From the NCBI RefSeq assembly GCF_000372725.1, contig NW_005202428.1:1907331-1971330 (forward strand): DNA of 64,000 bases, in the 5' to 3' direction. Positions within the stretch are counted from its first letter, which is position 1. The number at the start of each line of letters is the position of its first letter. Of this stretch, positions 45,999-57,290 are shown piece after piece. Position numbers and translations under genes: made by a program. The notes under the pieces are model-generated. The model was given only the letters and a program-made list of their open reading frames with translations. It had not been told where the DNA came from and made no database searches. The DNA is from Emiliania huxleyi CCMP1516 (Eukaryota).

Positions 45999-46594
45999 CT
46001 ATTCCCATTCTTTCTTTTGCGCCTTTTAGCTTATAATGGGAGCAAGGGGAGAGGGGTGGTGTTCTCTAGGCCCCGAAAGGCCTTAACTCCCTACGCGCGG
46101 CTTGAGAGCTCGGAAGCGAGCTTTGCAAGGCGATCGGGAGCGGTCACCGAATGTGAGTGTGAGTGAGTATTCTTGATACGAAACCACGACGACACACACC
46201 AGTCGACTCGCATCGGTTGCCTCCATTAACGGCGGAGCTATTCTCGCGCCCACACCACACCTGGCTCCAACGTGGACACGCCCATAGCTGGGGACACTAC
46301 TAGGTCATGCATGGCATCAGAAGTTTTATCTCTGGGCCCCGAAACGCATCTCTAGCAGCGTCGTTACGCATGCTCCCTCCCCTCCTGGGCGCATGCGCCT
46401 GCCCTCACCTCTCGCCAGAGCATAACCCCTTGGTGTGCAGCGAGACGAAGTTCTTCGCCATCGCCGCGAGCAGCAAGCCGCCCGGGAACGGAAGACACAC
46501 ACTCACACACTCACGGTCACCGAATGCTTCCGCCTTGAAAAAGAAAAAGGCGCGGCGCGTGTCACTGCTTCCGCCTTGTAAGGACGAGATTGCC

Positions 46595-47044
46595 ATGGCC
46601 CAGCAGCTGATCAACACCTTCCTCTGCCCGCCCGGCCTTCTCTGCCTCGACGACGGATCGGCGCAGCGCGAGTTCGTGTACGGCTCGGAGCGTTGGCAAA
46701 TTCCCGACGAGGTCCTCGCAGAGGAGGCAGTCTACCGCCAAAGCCTTCTCGACCAGAACATCACTTGCATGGACGTCGTCAACGACACTGTGCCGTTCGG
46801 TTTGCTCGTGAATGGAACCGGCTGCCCAGCTGACAGCCCGCTGATGATGTACGCACTTTACCTCGCGATCGTTCTAATCGTACTCTCACTCGCTGCCTAC
46901 GCGAGGCGCGGCACCAGCGGCGTCGCATCCCGCTCCTTGCTTCCTGCCGGCGCAGACTCGGCGAAGATGCCGACGACTGCGCGGCCGCCAGCGGGGTACC
47001 TGAAGGCGCAAAAGGCGAAGGCGGCGGCCGCCAACCTCGTCTGA
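46595..47044 (+). CDS. Hypothetical single-TM protein, 149 aa
   Basis: GCCATGG start context; Cys and N-glycosylation sequons in the N-terminal part, then TM LMMYALYLAIVLIVLSLAAYA and a basic tail. Confidence 0.65.
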   Translation: MAQQLINTFLCPPGLLCLDDGSAQREFVYGSERWQIPDEVLAEEAVYRQSLLDQNITCMDVVNDTVPFGLLVNGTGCPADSPLMMYALYLAIVLIVLSLAAYARRGTSGVASRSLLPAGADSAKMPTTARPPAGYLKAQKAKAAAANLV

Positions 47045-47407
47045 GTTGTCACGGTCCCCATGCCGTCTGCAGACTTTAGTAGAGTACCAATTTCGATAAC
47101 GATATACGATATACGTGTGAGTGGTGGCATGGTGAGGTGTCGGGTGGCGTCGGCGCAGTGCGCAGTCGAGTGTCTCGCCCTTCTCGTTTGTGGGATTTGT
47201 GTTTAGAGCCGTGTGGACACGCACATACAGCCCGCCCGGCCTGGCTCTCCCCACTCCCGCTCCGCAGTCCCGCATTGGCGCATTGTCCGTGATATTCCGA
47301 GAGACGGCGCGGAGTACTGTGTCTACTGAGTATGTACGTCAAAATCGAATGTCTGATGATTCGATGGCCGAGCGCGGTCGCTCGCTGGGCGGGCCATCGC
47401 TGCGCGG

Positions 47408-48502
47408 TCAATCCACATGCGCGCGCCGCGCCGCGTTGAGCTCGTGGCGGCGCTCCTCTGCCGCCGCAAACAAGGCCAGCGAGGCGGCGGGGCTGATGAG
47501 CGGCGAGAGCGCTAGCAGCGCCGCGCCAAAGCGAGGGCGACGAGCGATCGTGTAGGTGGCGCCGGCGGCGGTGGAGAGCACCGCGTCGATGGAGATGGAG
47601 GCCTGGCAGTCGTTTCGCCACGTCGCAGCCAATAGTGCCCACGCCAACGAGGGCACCGAGGCGCCCGGCTGGCGCAGCAGCAGCTGGCGCAGCGCAGCCG
47701 CCGAGGAGAGGGCGTGGGCGCCCAGGCAAAAGGCCGCGAGCGACAGGAACGCGGCGCGCGCTCGCCGCGGCTCGAGCGCGCGCTCGTCCGACTGCTTGAG
47801 GCTGCAGGCGAGCCCGAAGGGAAGCGCAAGCACGACGTGCAGCAGCAGCAGCGCCGTGATGTACGCCCAGCGGGGCCCGTCGACCGTCGCGGGCAGCGCC
47901 ACGATGGACAGGGCGGCAGAGGCGAGGCACACCGCCCACGTGACCTCCACCGCGGCGTCTCTGCGGGCGTTTGTTCCGCCTTTGACGCCCTGTGGCTCAA
48001 GCAGCAGCAGGTGCGCCAGCAGCGGTGGCAGCGCGAGGCTCACCGCGCCAAGGAAGGCCGTCGTCACATATGCAAGTGCGAGCCGCGGCGGCAGACGCCG
48101 CCGCTGCGCTTCAAGGTACGCCATCGGGCACGCGACCGTCACCCACGTCAGCAGCTGGCTCGACCACCACCAGCCCGGCGCCTCGTCGCTCACTCGCACG
48201 TACGCCTCGACGAAGAGGTTCGGCGGGTCTGGGTGGGTGGCATACGCAGCCTGGTGCCGCGCGAAGAAGAGGAGGATGAGGCGCCACGTCGAGACGAGCG
48301 CCGCGAGTGAGTATGGTGCGGCCAGCAGCAGCGCTGGCTTCCGCCGCCACGCCTCTCGCCATGGCCACTGCCAACTGACGCAGCCGAGCGAGCCCAGGAA
48401 GGCGGAGAAGTAAGAGGCGGTGCGACAGTGGGTGGCGAGGCCTTCGCCAGAAACCAGCGCAGCGGCGATGTCGCCGAGGGCGAGTCCTGGCCTGTTCGTC
48501 AT
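47408..48502 (-). CDS. Hypothetical multi-pass membrane protein
   Basis: Long intronless ORF with about 8-9 hydrophobic segments; motif NLFVEAY..GWWWSSQLL. Confidence 0.7.
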   Translation of the reverse strand: MTNRPGLALGDIAAALVSGEGLATHCRTASYFSAFLGSLGCVSWQWPWREAWRRKPALLLAAPYSLAALVSTWRLILLFFARHQAAYATHPDPPNLFVEAYVRVSDEAPGWWWSSQLLTWVTVACPMAYLEAQRRRLPPRLALAYVTTAFLGAVSLALPPLLAHLLLLEPQGVKGGTNARRDAAVEVTWAVCLASAALSIVALPATVDGPRWAYITALLLLHVVLALPFGLACSLKQSDERALEPRRARAAFLSLAAFCLGAHALSSAAALRQLLLRQPGASVPSLAWALLAATWRNDCQASISIDAVLSTAAGATYTIARRPRFGAALLALSPLISPAASLALFAAAEERRHELNAARRAHVD

Positions 48503-48585
48503 GTACCTGTAGGGTGGATATTTGCCAGACCGATTTCTTTCTTTCGTGCTCTTTCTGGCATTCACCAAACCTCCGCCAAGCTATT

Positions 48586-49528
48586 TCACCATTGCTGCCG
48601 GTGCCGCTCGGCCTGCCCGCCCGACAGGCTGCGCAGCGACCGGCCGAGCCGTTGCAGCCGCTCCATCTCCGCCTTGACGACCGCTCTGCCAGCAGCGGTC
48701 TCGCAATCGTCGCGCATTTCGGTGAGCTGCAGCAGCTGGTCGGTCAGCCGCACTTCCACCTACGAGCAGGCAGCGTGCGTTCGCGACGCGGCCGCGGCGC
48801 TGCGCCCCGACGGGGGGAGGGTCGGCGGCGTGCGGCGCCTTTTGCGCCTCGTGCGAGAGGTGGCGGCCGCCGGACCGCCCCGCCTCGCGCAGCAGCGCCT
48901 CTGTGGCCGCCTCCGCCTCGGCGAGGCCCCGCCGGTGCGAGGCGAGGGCGGCGACGATGGGCGCATCGGGGTCGTCGGCGGGCGCGGTTGCGCCCGCGTC
49001 GCCCTCCTTCACCTCACGCAGCGCCGCGCGCATGGCTCCCGCCTCCGCCTCCGCCGCGGCGGCCTCGCTGCCGTGGTCAGCGTAGTAACCGAGGCCGCTG
49101 GCGCCCAGCTTGAACACCATCCCGCGGCGGGCGCCGGCAAAGGCGGAGGCTCGCTCAAACTCGCTCACACCCTCATCGTCAGCAGGGTGGGGAGGGCTGC
49201 GGCTGCGACTGAAGCTGCGGCTGCCACTGCGGCTGCGGCTGCCGCTGCGGCTGCCGCTGCGGCTGCGGCTGCCGCTGCGGCTGCCACTGCGGCTGCGGCT
49301 GCGGCTGCGGCTGCGGCTGCGGCTGCGGCTGCGGCTGCGGCTGCCGCTGCCGCTGCCGCTGCCGCGTGAGTTCCGAGGGCTGTCGCGCGTGTCACATGAA
49401 CGGTCGGGATTCATGCCGACTGCGGCTGGACTGCTGTCGTCGGCGTTGGGCGAGTCGTCCAGCGCAGCCTTCCAGCGTCCCACCGACGAGGGGTCGTTTG
49501 CCACCTTGCGCTTTCGCCCGGCGAACAT
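48586..49528 (-). CDS. Hypothetical protein with RS repeat, FAGARRGMVFKLGASGLGYY motif and BAG-like C-terminus (2 exons inferred)
   Basis: MFAGRKRK (NLS-like), (RS)n tract 49197-49365, and putative last exon EVRLTDQLLQLTEMRDDC..RAVVKAEMERLQRL. Confidence 0.55.
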
Positions 49529-49630
49529 CTGGGGCACCGCGGCAGGAAATGTGAAAACAAGAAACTCGTGAGCCCTCTCTCACATGGGTAGCATGTCTCT
49601 CTTCGTTCTCGCGCTCCTCGCTCGTAACGC

Positions 49631-49999
49631 GAAGGCGGGCTCCGCACCCGTCGCCGAACCAGCGGAAAGCGCACGGGAGAGAGGACTGAGCGGGGTGGGG
49701 ATGAGGGGTCCTGGCCGGGGGGGCCCGGTGCGGCGAGGTCGAGTGAGAATGTACGAGTCTGGTGTCTACTAGCTCCGAGTAGAGGGGGCGCCCCGCCGCT
49801 AGGGGACCCCGAAGCGCGGACTAACCCTCGGAGATCCGTGTTTACTTTACGGCCCTTTCCCTGCGAACGCGCACCCCCCCAGGGCTAGGGCTCTCTAGCC
49901 CGTAACCCGATATCGATCATCCGGCCCGCTGGGTGCGCTTCTTAGCTCCCCGGCCCTGGATGTGAGGTTAATGACTGCACTCCAAGTGCTCCAAGTGCT
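49631..49999 (+). repeat. SINE-like family A, long copy
   Basis: Near-copy of 56440-56825 in inverted orientation; CCAAGTGCT tandem tail. Confidence 0.88.
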
Positions 50000-50422
50000 C
50001 ACGTGGCACTTGTGCCTCTAAGGACAGGGTGCCCCGCCACAACGACCCCTGGATTGCGACTCGCCGCTTTCCTCCAGCTGTGATTTGTGTGAGCTCTTGT
50101 CGGGCCCGGGGTTGTGCGTTTATCTTTATGTGAGCTCTGTCTGTGCCTTGCTTGATCTGCTAACAACAAACCTACATACAACCTTCATCTTGATTCTTGT
50201 AGGAGCCCTTCGTTTTTCTTTTCGTGGGGTGCAAGGAGCGTGACCGTCAGGTGGACGGACCGCTCGAGGCACGACTCATAATGAACGATGGGCCTGCTCA
50301 TCCCGGAGTGGTTCGATCCCACATAAACCCGCGGACGGTGACGGGATGCTGGCTGGTGGTCTCAGGCCCAGTGAGGTAGTGCATCAGACTATCCCGGATC
50401 CTGCTGAACGAGTCGACTGAAC

Positions 50423-50990
50423 GAGCTCCTCTTGTAGCTCGATCGGTCACACCGTCATCACCGCAGGCGCCGGCTGAGATGATGGAGGAGGGGGGACGAC
50501 ACTGCTTCAGCAGCGTGCACCTCGATCCTGTACCGTGTTTGTTATGACCCCCCCAAATGAACACATCAGTGAGGGAGGGCGAGACGATCGAGGGTCCCGT
50601 ACCATGCGGAATCGACCCTATCCAGTGCTCAAGTGCTCAACACGGTCTCCGAGGGTTAGCCCCGCGTACCGGGTTTCCCCTTAACTGCAGGACGCCCCCT
50701 CTACTCGGAGCTAATGAACACCACACTGCACGCCCCACACCACCACCCTGCACGCACTCGCGCAGGCACTTGAGTACACCGCCTCGCGGCGGTCTCTTGG
50801 AGCACTTGGTTGGAGTGCAGTCATCAGCCTCACATCCAGGGCCGGGGAGCTGAGAAGCGCACCCAGCGTGCCGGATGATCGGGATCGGGTTGCGGGCAAG
50901 AGAGCCCTAGCCCCGGGGGTGCGCGTTCGCATGGCAAGGGCCTTAAAGTAAACACGGGTCTCCGAGGGTTAGTCCTAGGTTTCCCCTACC
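50423..50990. repeat. Cluster of family B (+) and two family A (-) repeat fragments upstream of CDC27
   Basis: 50423-50643 matches 4571-4788; 50641-50735 matches 15179-15273; 50797-50990 matches family A in reverse. Confidence 0.8.
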
Positions 50991-51050
50991 CCGGTTGCAG
51001 CGGAGGTCGAACTCTCTTCGTCTCTTGCCGCTCAGCAGCTCGCTGCCGAC

Positions 51051-51813
51051 ATGAACGAGACGCTCTGGGCCTACTGCCAGAGCTCGCTGCAAAATCACCT
51101 GTACGAGAACGCCATCTTCCTCGCCGAGCGCCTGTGTGCCGAGACTCCCTCCGAGGCCTCGAGGCTGCTGCTCGCCAACTGCCACTATGCTTCGGGCGCG
51201 CCTGCGCGCGCATGCGCCATCCTCGGCAACTGCTCGGCGCCGCAGAATCGCTACCTACTCGCCCTCTGCCACGTCAAGCTCGGGCGGCACTTGGAGGCGC
51301 AGCGTGCGCTACTTGGCTCCGCCTCGCCCAGCGCAGACCCAACGGGGACGGCGATTGTCCCGAACGGCGCCGCGGGTCTCTACCTGCTCGGCACCATCTG
51401 CCTCAAGGTGCAGCCGCAGCCGCCAGCGTCGCTGCCGCGCGACGATACCAACGAGCGCTCGCGTGCCGTCCTCTACTTCAAGCGTGCCCTCGAGCTCGAC
51501 CCGTACCTGTGGAGCGCATACGAAGCGCTCGCAGCGCTAGGGAAGGAGTTCCCGCCGCCGCCGCTGCCGCTGCCGGCGGCGCCTCCGGGGTGGGAGCCGC
51601 CCCTCGCGATGGCGGGGTGCGGGGCGGCGGGCTCCACCCCCCTCCCCGGAGGAGGGACGACACCGGTGAGGCAGCCAGAGTGCGCAGCCATGCCGGGCCG
51701 CCTCTTCTCGCCGCCGGACGTCTTCTCGGCCCGCGCCGCACCCGACGCTTCCCCAGCCCCGCCCCTCAGCCCTTCCACCTGGCCCTCCCTCCCGGCCCTC
51801 CACGCACACACAC

Positions 51814-51893
<80 letters not shown>

Positions 51894-51912
51894 GCACGCA
51901 CACACACACACA

Positions 51913-51944
<32 letters not shown>

Positions 51945-54900
51945 CCTCACTCACTCACTCATCCACACACGTCTCCCCCCTCCCCTCCTTTCCCCTCCCA
52001 GCCCCTCCTCCCCCCTCTCTCCCCCACCCTTCCCGCCTCGCCCCGCCCAGGCCCCCTCGATGGGCCCGCACCTCTCGATGGCCCCTCTCCCCCTAGATAC
52101 GGAGCACACACACCCTCCACCATTACCCTCCTCCAGCCCCCTCCTCCACCAGCTCTCCGACCCGCACGACTAGCACACTCCCTCCCTCCGCGCCATGCAC
52201 CGCCTGCAGCAACGCCGCCTCCTTGCACCGGCGCCCAGTGCACGGCGCGGCACTGCCCTCCCACCCCGACTCGTGCGTGCGTCCGCAGGCCCCTCCCCCT
52301 TGCGCGAGGGGAGGCCACCCCGTCTCTGCGAGCGGCGCGACGCCCGCCGTCGCCGCGCTCGCAATCTCGACGCCGCAGCTCACGACGCCTTGCTCCGCCG
52401 TCCCTCCCTGCGCCCTCTCCCTCCCCGGCGGGGGCAGTGCCGCCGGCCAGCAGCTGCCCGCTTCGTCGCTGCCGTCGCCAAACGTCTCGTCGCGCCGCCG
52501 GCCGCAGCCGCGCGCGAGCGCCGCCGACGCCGCAGCCACGCCCGCGGTGGCGACGCCGGACGACACGCCGGCCGGCCGCGCCGCCGCGTCGGGCGCACCC
52601 CCGCCGATAGGGCGGGGGAGGAGGGAGCGGCCGCCGCCGCAGAGCGCGCAGCTCTCGTCGGCGGCGCCGGTGCGGCGGTCGTCGCGACTCTCCGCGGGCA
52701 GCGCGGGCGGCGGCGCGCCGCTGTCTGCGCAAGGGCGCGAGGCGGAGTTGCCGCCGCCGCCGTCGCCCGGCCGGGGAGGGGCGGTGGGAGGAGGGGCGGG
52801 GGACGGGCGGGCTGCTGGCGTGCTCGGCGCGTGCTGCCTGGTCGGGCCGAGATTGCGCGAGATTGCGCGCGAGATCAGCGCCGAAGCCGGCCCGAGAGTA
52901 GGCGAGGCGGCGTCGGGGCCGGAGCGGGCGGTATCGCTGCTGCGCCACCTCGCGGACGCGTACCGCTCCCTCTCGCTCTTCCAGTGCCAGGAGGCGATTG
53001 ATGCCTTCGAGCGGCTGCCGCAGGTGGGCCGGATGACACGTCCACGACACGCCCAGACACGCCCGCCACACGCGTCCCAACGCCGCGCCGTCTCTAGCCG
53101 AGAGCGTGCGCTTGCGCGTGGCTGTCCCGCGTGGCTTGTCATGCGCGGGGGCGGCGGCTGCCGCGGCGAGGCGGGCACGGAGCCGATGACGCGTGTGTGC
53201 CCCCGTTGCGTGCCTCAGGCGCACTTCAAGTCGGGGTGGGTACTCAGCCAGGTGGGGCGCGCGCACTACGAGATGGTCCGGTACTCGGATGCGCTGCGCG
53301 CTTTCAAGAAGGCGCACGATGTGGAGCCGCACCGGCTGGCGGGGATGGAGCTGCACTCCACCATCCTGTGGCACCTGAAGCGAGAGGTTTGCCGCTTGTA
53401 TATATCTCGCCGGGGGGGGTGCTCACCCATCAACGGGCTCTGACGGAGAGCGACGGCTCAATAGGTGGACCTCTGCCACCTCGCCAAGCGCGCCGTCGAG
53501 CCGGACCGCGCCTCGAGATTACCCGAGGTTACCCGAGATTACCCAGATTACCCGAGATTAGGCGCGCCGTCGAGCTGGACCGCGCTTCGCCCTACTCGTG
53601 CTGCGTCGTCGGGAACGCCTTCTCCCTCCAAAAGGAGAGAGAGAGAGCGCGCGCGCGCGCGCGAAAGACGGAGAGAGGGAGAGCGGAAGGGAGGAGAGCG
53701 GAAGGAGCGAGCGAGGGAGAGAGAGAGAGCGGGCCCCGCGCCACGAGGAGGCGGCGCGTGGCGCTGAGGGAGTTTGGGCGTGTGCCGTGCGTCGAGTCGG
53801 CGCTTCGCTTGCGCCCGCTGCGCCGCGACGGCGCGCGACCCAGCCCCGGCCCGCCGCTGTCGCAGGAGCACGACACGGCGCTCAAGTTCTTTTGCCGCGC
53901 CATCCAGCTGGCGCCCGACTTTGCGTACGCGCACACGCTGTGCGGGCACGAGCACGCCGCCAAGGACGACTTCGACAACGCGTCCAAGGCGTACGAGACG
54001 GCGCTGCTGCACGACCCGAGGCACTACAACGCGTGGTACGGGCTGGGCAACATCTACTTTCGGCAGGAAAAGTGCGCGGGGGCGGGGGCGGGGGGGGGGC
54101 GGGGGGGGGGGGGGCACTCACGCGTGGAGAGTCAGTCAGCGTTACGCACGCCCTCGCACGGACGACGGGCCCGCACACACACTCGCGGAGCACGAGGAGG
54201 CACTGCACTCGGGGGGCGTGCGGCACTTCTCCGGGGCATGTCGCTGCAACCGTCCGCACCGACTGGGCAGGTACTCCGACGCCGAGGTGCACATGAAGCG
54301 CGCGCTGCGGATCAACTCGTGCTCCTCGCCGCTACACTGCTACCTCGGCATGGCGCTGCACAGGTCGCGGAAGAACCCTCAGGCGCTCGAGCAGCTGGGC
54401 GAGGCACGCCGCCCCTCCCCCCTCCCCCCCCACCCCCCACACCCCACACCCCCCATCCCCCACCACCACTCCTCCTCCTCCGCAAACCACCGCCCTCCGC
54501 CCCTCGAGGCCTTCTCCCTTGTGCTCCCGGCGCCTACTCCTCCTCGCCCGGCCGTCGCCGCACAGGCAATCAAGATCGACCCTCGCAACCCCCTCGCCCG
54601 CTTCGAGAAGGCGCGCCGCCCTGCCTGGGGTTGGGCCCGGAGCACCCGGCCTTAGGCCGCCGCTGCCTCGAGGGGCCGACGGCCTCCGCCCCCCCACCGC
54701 CCCCCAGGCGCAGGTGCTGCTCTCGATGGACAAGAGCGAGGCGGCGCTCGCCGAGCTGCAGCTGCTGGTCGAGGTCGCGCCAAAGGAGGGCATGGTCCAC
54801 CTGACGATGGGCAAGCTGTACAAGAAGCTCGGCCGGCCGCAGGAGGCGGTGGTGCACCTCACGCGCGCGCTCGACCTCTCGCCAAAGGACTCGCAGCAGA

Positions 54901-54962
54901 TCAAGGCCGCACTGCTCAACCTGCAGCGCGACCGCGACGACGACGAGGAGGAGGAGCTGTGA
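51051..54962 (+). CDS. CDC27: Anaphase-promoting complex subunit CDC27/APC3 (multi-exon TPR protein)
   Basis: LYENAIFLAERL, ALELDPYLWSAYEAL, GWVLSQVGRAHYE, GMELHSTILWHLK, VGNAFSLQKEHDTALKFF, FAYAHTLCGHE, RHYNAWYGLG, KDSQQIK. Confidence 0.96.
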
Positions 54963-55389
54963 GCACCCCGCACCCGCGGCTCGCTGCGTCGCTCGCACCG
55001 TAGCTATTTTTTGTGTGCCGTGCGCGTGCATGTATGTGTGTACGTGAGAGGCCCTGGGCCCTGCAGTGGAGACGGCGCAGCTGCTGCGGACGGTGCGGGT
55101 GGTCTAACGTGCGCCGCCGCCGACCGCGCACCAGAGCGTCTCCCCAGAGATTATTTTTATACAGGTTCTACAGCTCCGCTCAGAGCTCTCTCGCGTCTCG
55201 GGGTCGGTGTGGTCGTAACATGTCGTTTACAGGGCGCAGAGACAGTCCAGGCGCGGTCAGTCCTGGAATACGGTATAAATCCGCCCCCGCGGGGCCGAGC
55301 CATACAAAGGTGTGCGTACGCACGTGGAAGCCCGAGGGCGGCTCCGAGTGGATTCAGCGGCCAGCACAACGGCGCCGGCGGCGGCTGGC

Positions 55390-55835
55390 TCAGCCAACGC
55401 GATCTCTTGGGATGAGCCGCAGGTCACCACCGTACTTGAGAAAGACCTCGCCAGCGGTTTGCGCGGGGTTGATGCCCACGCCATCTGCGGACGAGGGAAA
55501 AGGCGGGTGAGTATGGTGAGCGCGTGAACTTTGGAGAATGCAGCGCGGCGCCGTTGCTGATGACAGCGGAGGTGGCAGCATTCTGCTTGAACTCCTCGGC
55601 GGCGTATTTGATCAGCGCCGTGAACGGTGCGGTCTCGGGCACCTTAAAGCTGCGAAGTGGGCGGGCGCGAGCGTGAGCGCTATATGCCGGCGGGCGGGCG
55701 CGAGCGGAGCTGTGTGTCGGCGGGTGGCTGGGACGGCTCTCAGCATTGGCTCGAGCACGCTCACACTTTGAACGGCAACTTCGGGTCGCTCGTCAGCGTG
55801 ATCTTGATCGTCACCTTCGCACAGTCGGCGGACAT
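55390..55835 (-). CDS. UFM1: Ubiquitin-fold modifier 1 (3 exons)
   Basis: [18 protein letters not shown] / [32 protein letters not shown] / [31 protein letters not shown]. Confidence 0.97.
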
Positions 55836-55952
55836 GCTGGCCGCTTCGACAACGACCCGAGAGACGTGAGCCTTTGTCAGAGAACTAGAGAAAGAGAATT
55901 CACCGCGCCGGCACTGGGCACGGGACTGGCGCGCGAAAGAGAAACACGTGGC

Positions 55953-57290
55953 AAAATCTGTCTCACTCACACGCGATCAGGTAGATGGAGATCCGCGGGA
56001 AAGAGTGCTCTTCTTCTGTTTTGATCAGAGACTATGCAAACTTCACGATCACGTCATGACTGGTAACGGTAAAAGAAAGAAAGAAAACACACAACGCAAG
56101 GGGGCAAGGGATACTCAGGGGCAAAAAAATCTTCCCCGGTTGAAAAATTCTTTTTACATGTACATGTACATTCTGGCTGAGGCACGTCCTGAGAGAGAGA
56201 GAGATTTTTGAACTGTGAGGGCGCTGTCAGAGAAAGAGAAACACCCCGCTACACCAAAAATCTGTCTCCTCACACGCGATCAAGAAATCACGACTCTACA
56301 GTGATTTGGGCTCGGCAGCTTGTCAGCCCTCAGCCGAAGCTGGGGCCGGTCCCGTAGCTGAGAGAGCCCGCGGCCGCGCCGTTGAGTTCGACGCGGTCGG
56401 GCGCGGGGGCCTTGCGGAGAGGCCAGCGAGATGGCGATCTTGGAGCACTTGGAGTGCGGTCATCAGCATCACATCCAGGGCCGGGGAGCTAAGTAGCGCA
56501 CCCAGCGGGCCGGATGATCGGGATCGGGTTACGGGCTAGAGAGCCCTAGCCCTGGGGGGTGCGCGTTCGCAGGGAGATGCAGGGAAAGGGCCGTAAAGTA
56601 AACACGGGTCTCCGAGGGTTAGTCCGCGCTTCGGGTTTCCCCTAGCGGCGGGGCGCCCCCTTTACTCGGAGCTAGTAGACACCAGACTCGTACACACCCG
56701 TACATTCTCACTCGACCTCGCCGCACCGGGCCCCCCCGGCCAGGACCCCTCATCCCCACCCCGCTCAGTCCTCTCTCACCCGTTCGCTTTCCGCTGGTTC
56801 GGCGACGGGTGCGGAGCCCGCCTTCCCCTCTTTATGCTTCTTCGGCCGCGGCCCCACCGCCGTCTCGTCTTTTCTCTGCCTGATCCCGTTGACTCCGCCT
56901 TCGGCGATCCCGCGCCCGACAAAGGCGGCGGCATTGGGTCGTGTCGCCTCCCCTCCCCGGGGGACGGACCGGCTCTCCCTGGTCGACGAATCGCGCTCGC
57001 ATCCGCGGTCTCTCTATCGTCCTCGGCTCGCCTCCCCCCTCCGCCGGCTCCGTATGGCCCCCCTCATCGTAAGTCACGTTGGTCCAGCTGCCGCCGCGAC
57101 GGGTCTACCCCTGGCGGGCTCGTATGTCCCGACCCCACTCGCGATCGCTGTACTGGTTCTCAATACTCAGAAGTCTCTCTCGCGATCAGGTATCCGCGGG
57201 TGAGAGTGATCTTCTTCTGTTTTGATCAGAGACGTCTCTGCAAACCTCACGTCATCGTCATGACGGTTTATTTAAACGGCTGGTAACGGT
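55953..57290. repeat. Dispersed ~115-bp repeat (55953-56070, 57170-57290; partial 56258-56283)
   Basis: Shared CGCGATCAGGTA..ATCCGCGGG..AGAGTG.TCTTCTTCTGTTTTGATCAGAGAC..GTCATGAC..TGGTAACGGT. Confidence 0.75.
56440..56825 (-). repeat. SINE-like family A, long copy (inverted)
   Basis: Reverse complement of 49631-49999. Confidence 0.88.

Noticed and set aside
51801..51960. His/Thr-rich coding stretches from (CA)n tracts (also 25190-25250)
   Set aside because: These are intronic microsatellites, not protein.
56440..56480. Hammerhead ribozyme in family A (CTGATGA on the minus strand followed by a stem)
   Set aside because: The required GAAA after stem II is absent (TCCAA instead), and CTGATGA is not conserved in the copies at 15.4 and 49.97 kb.
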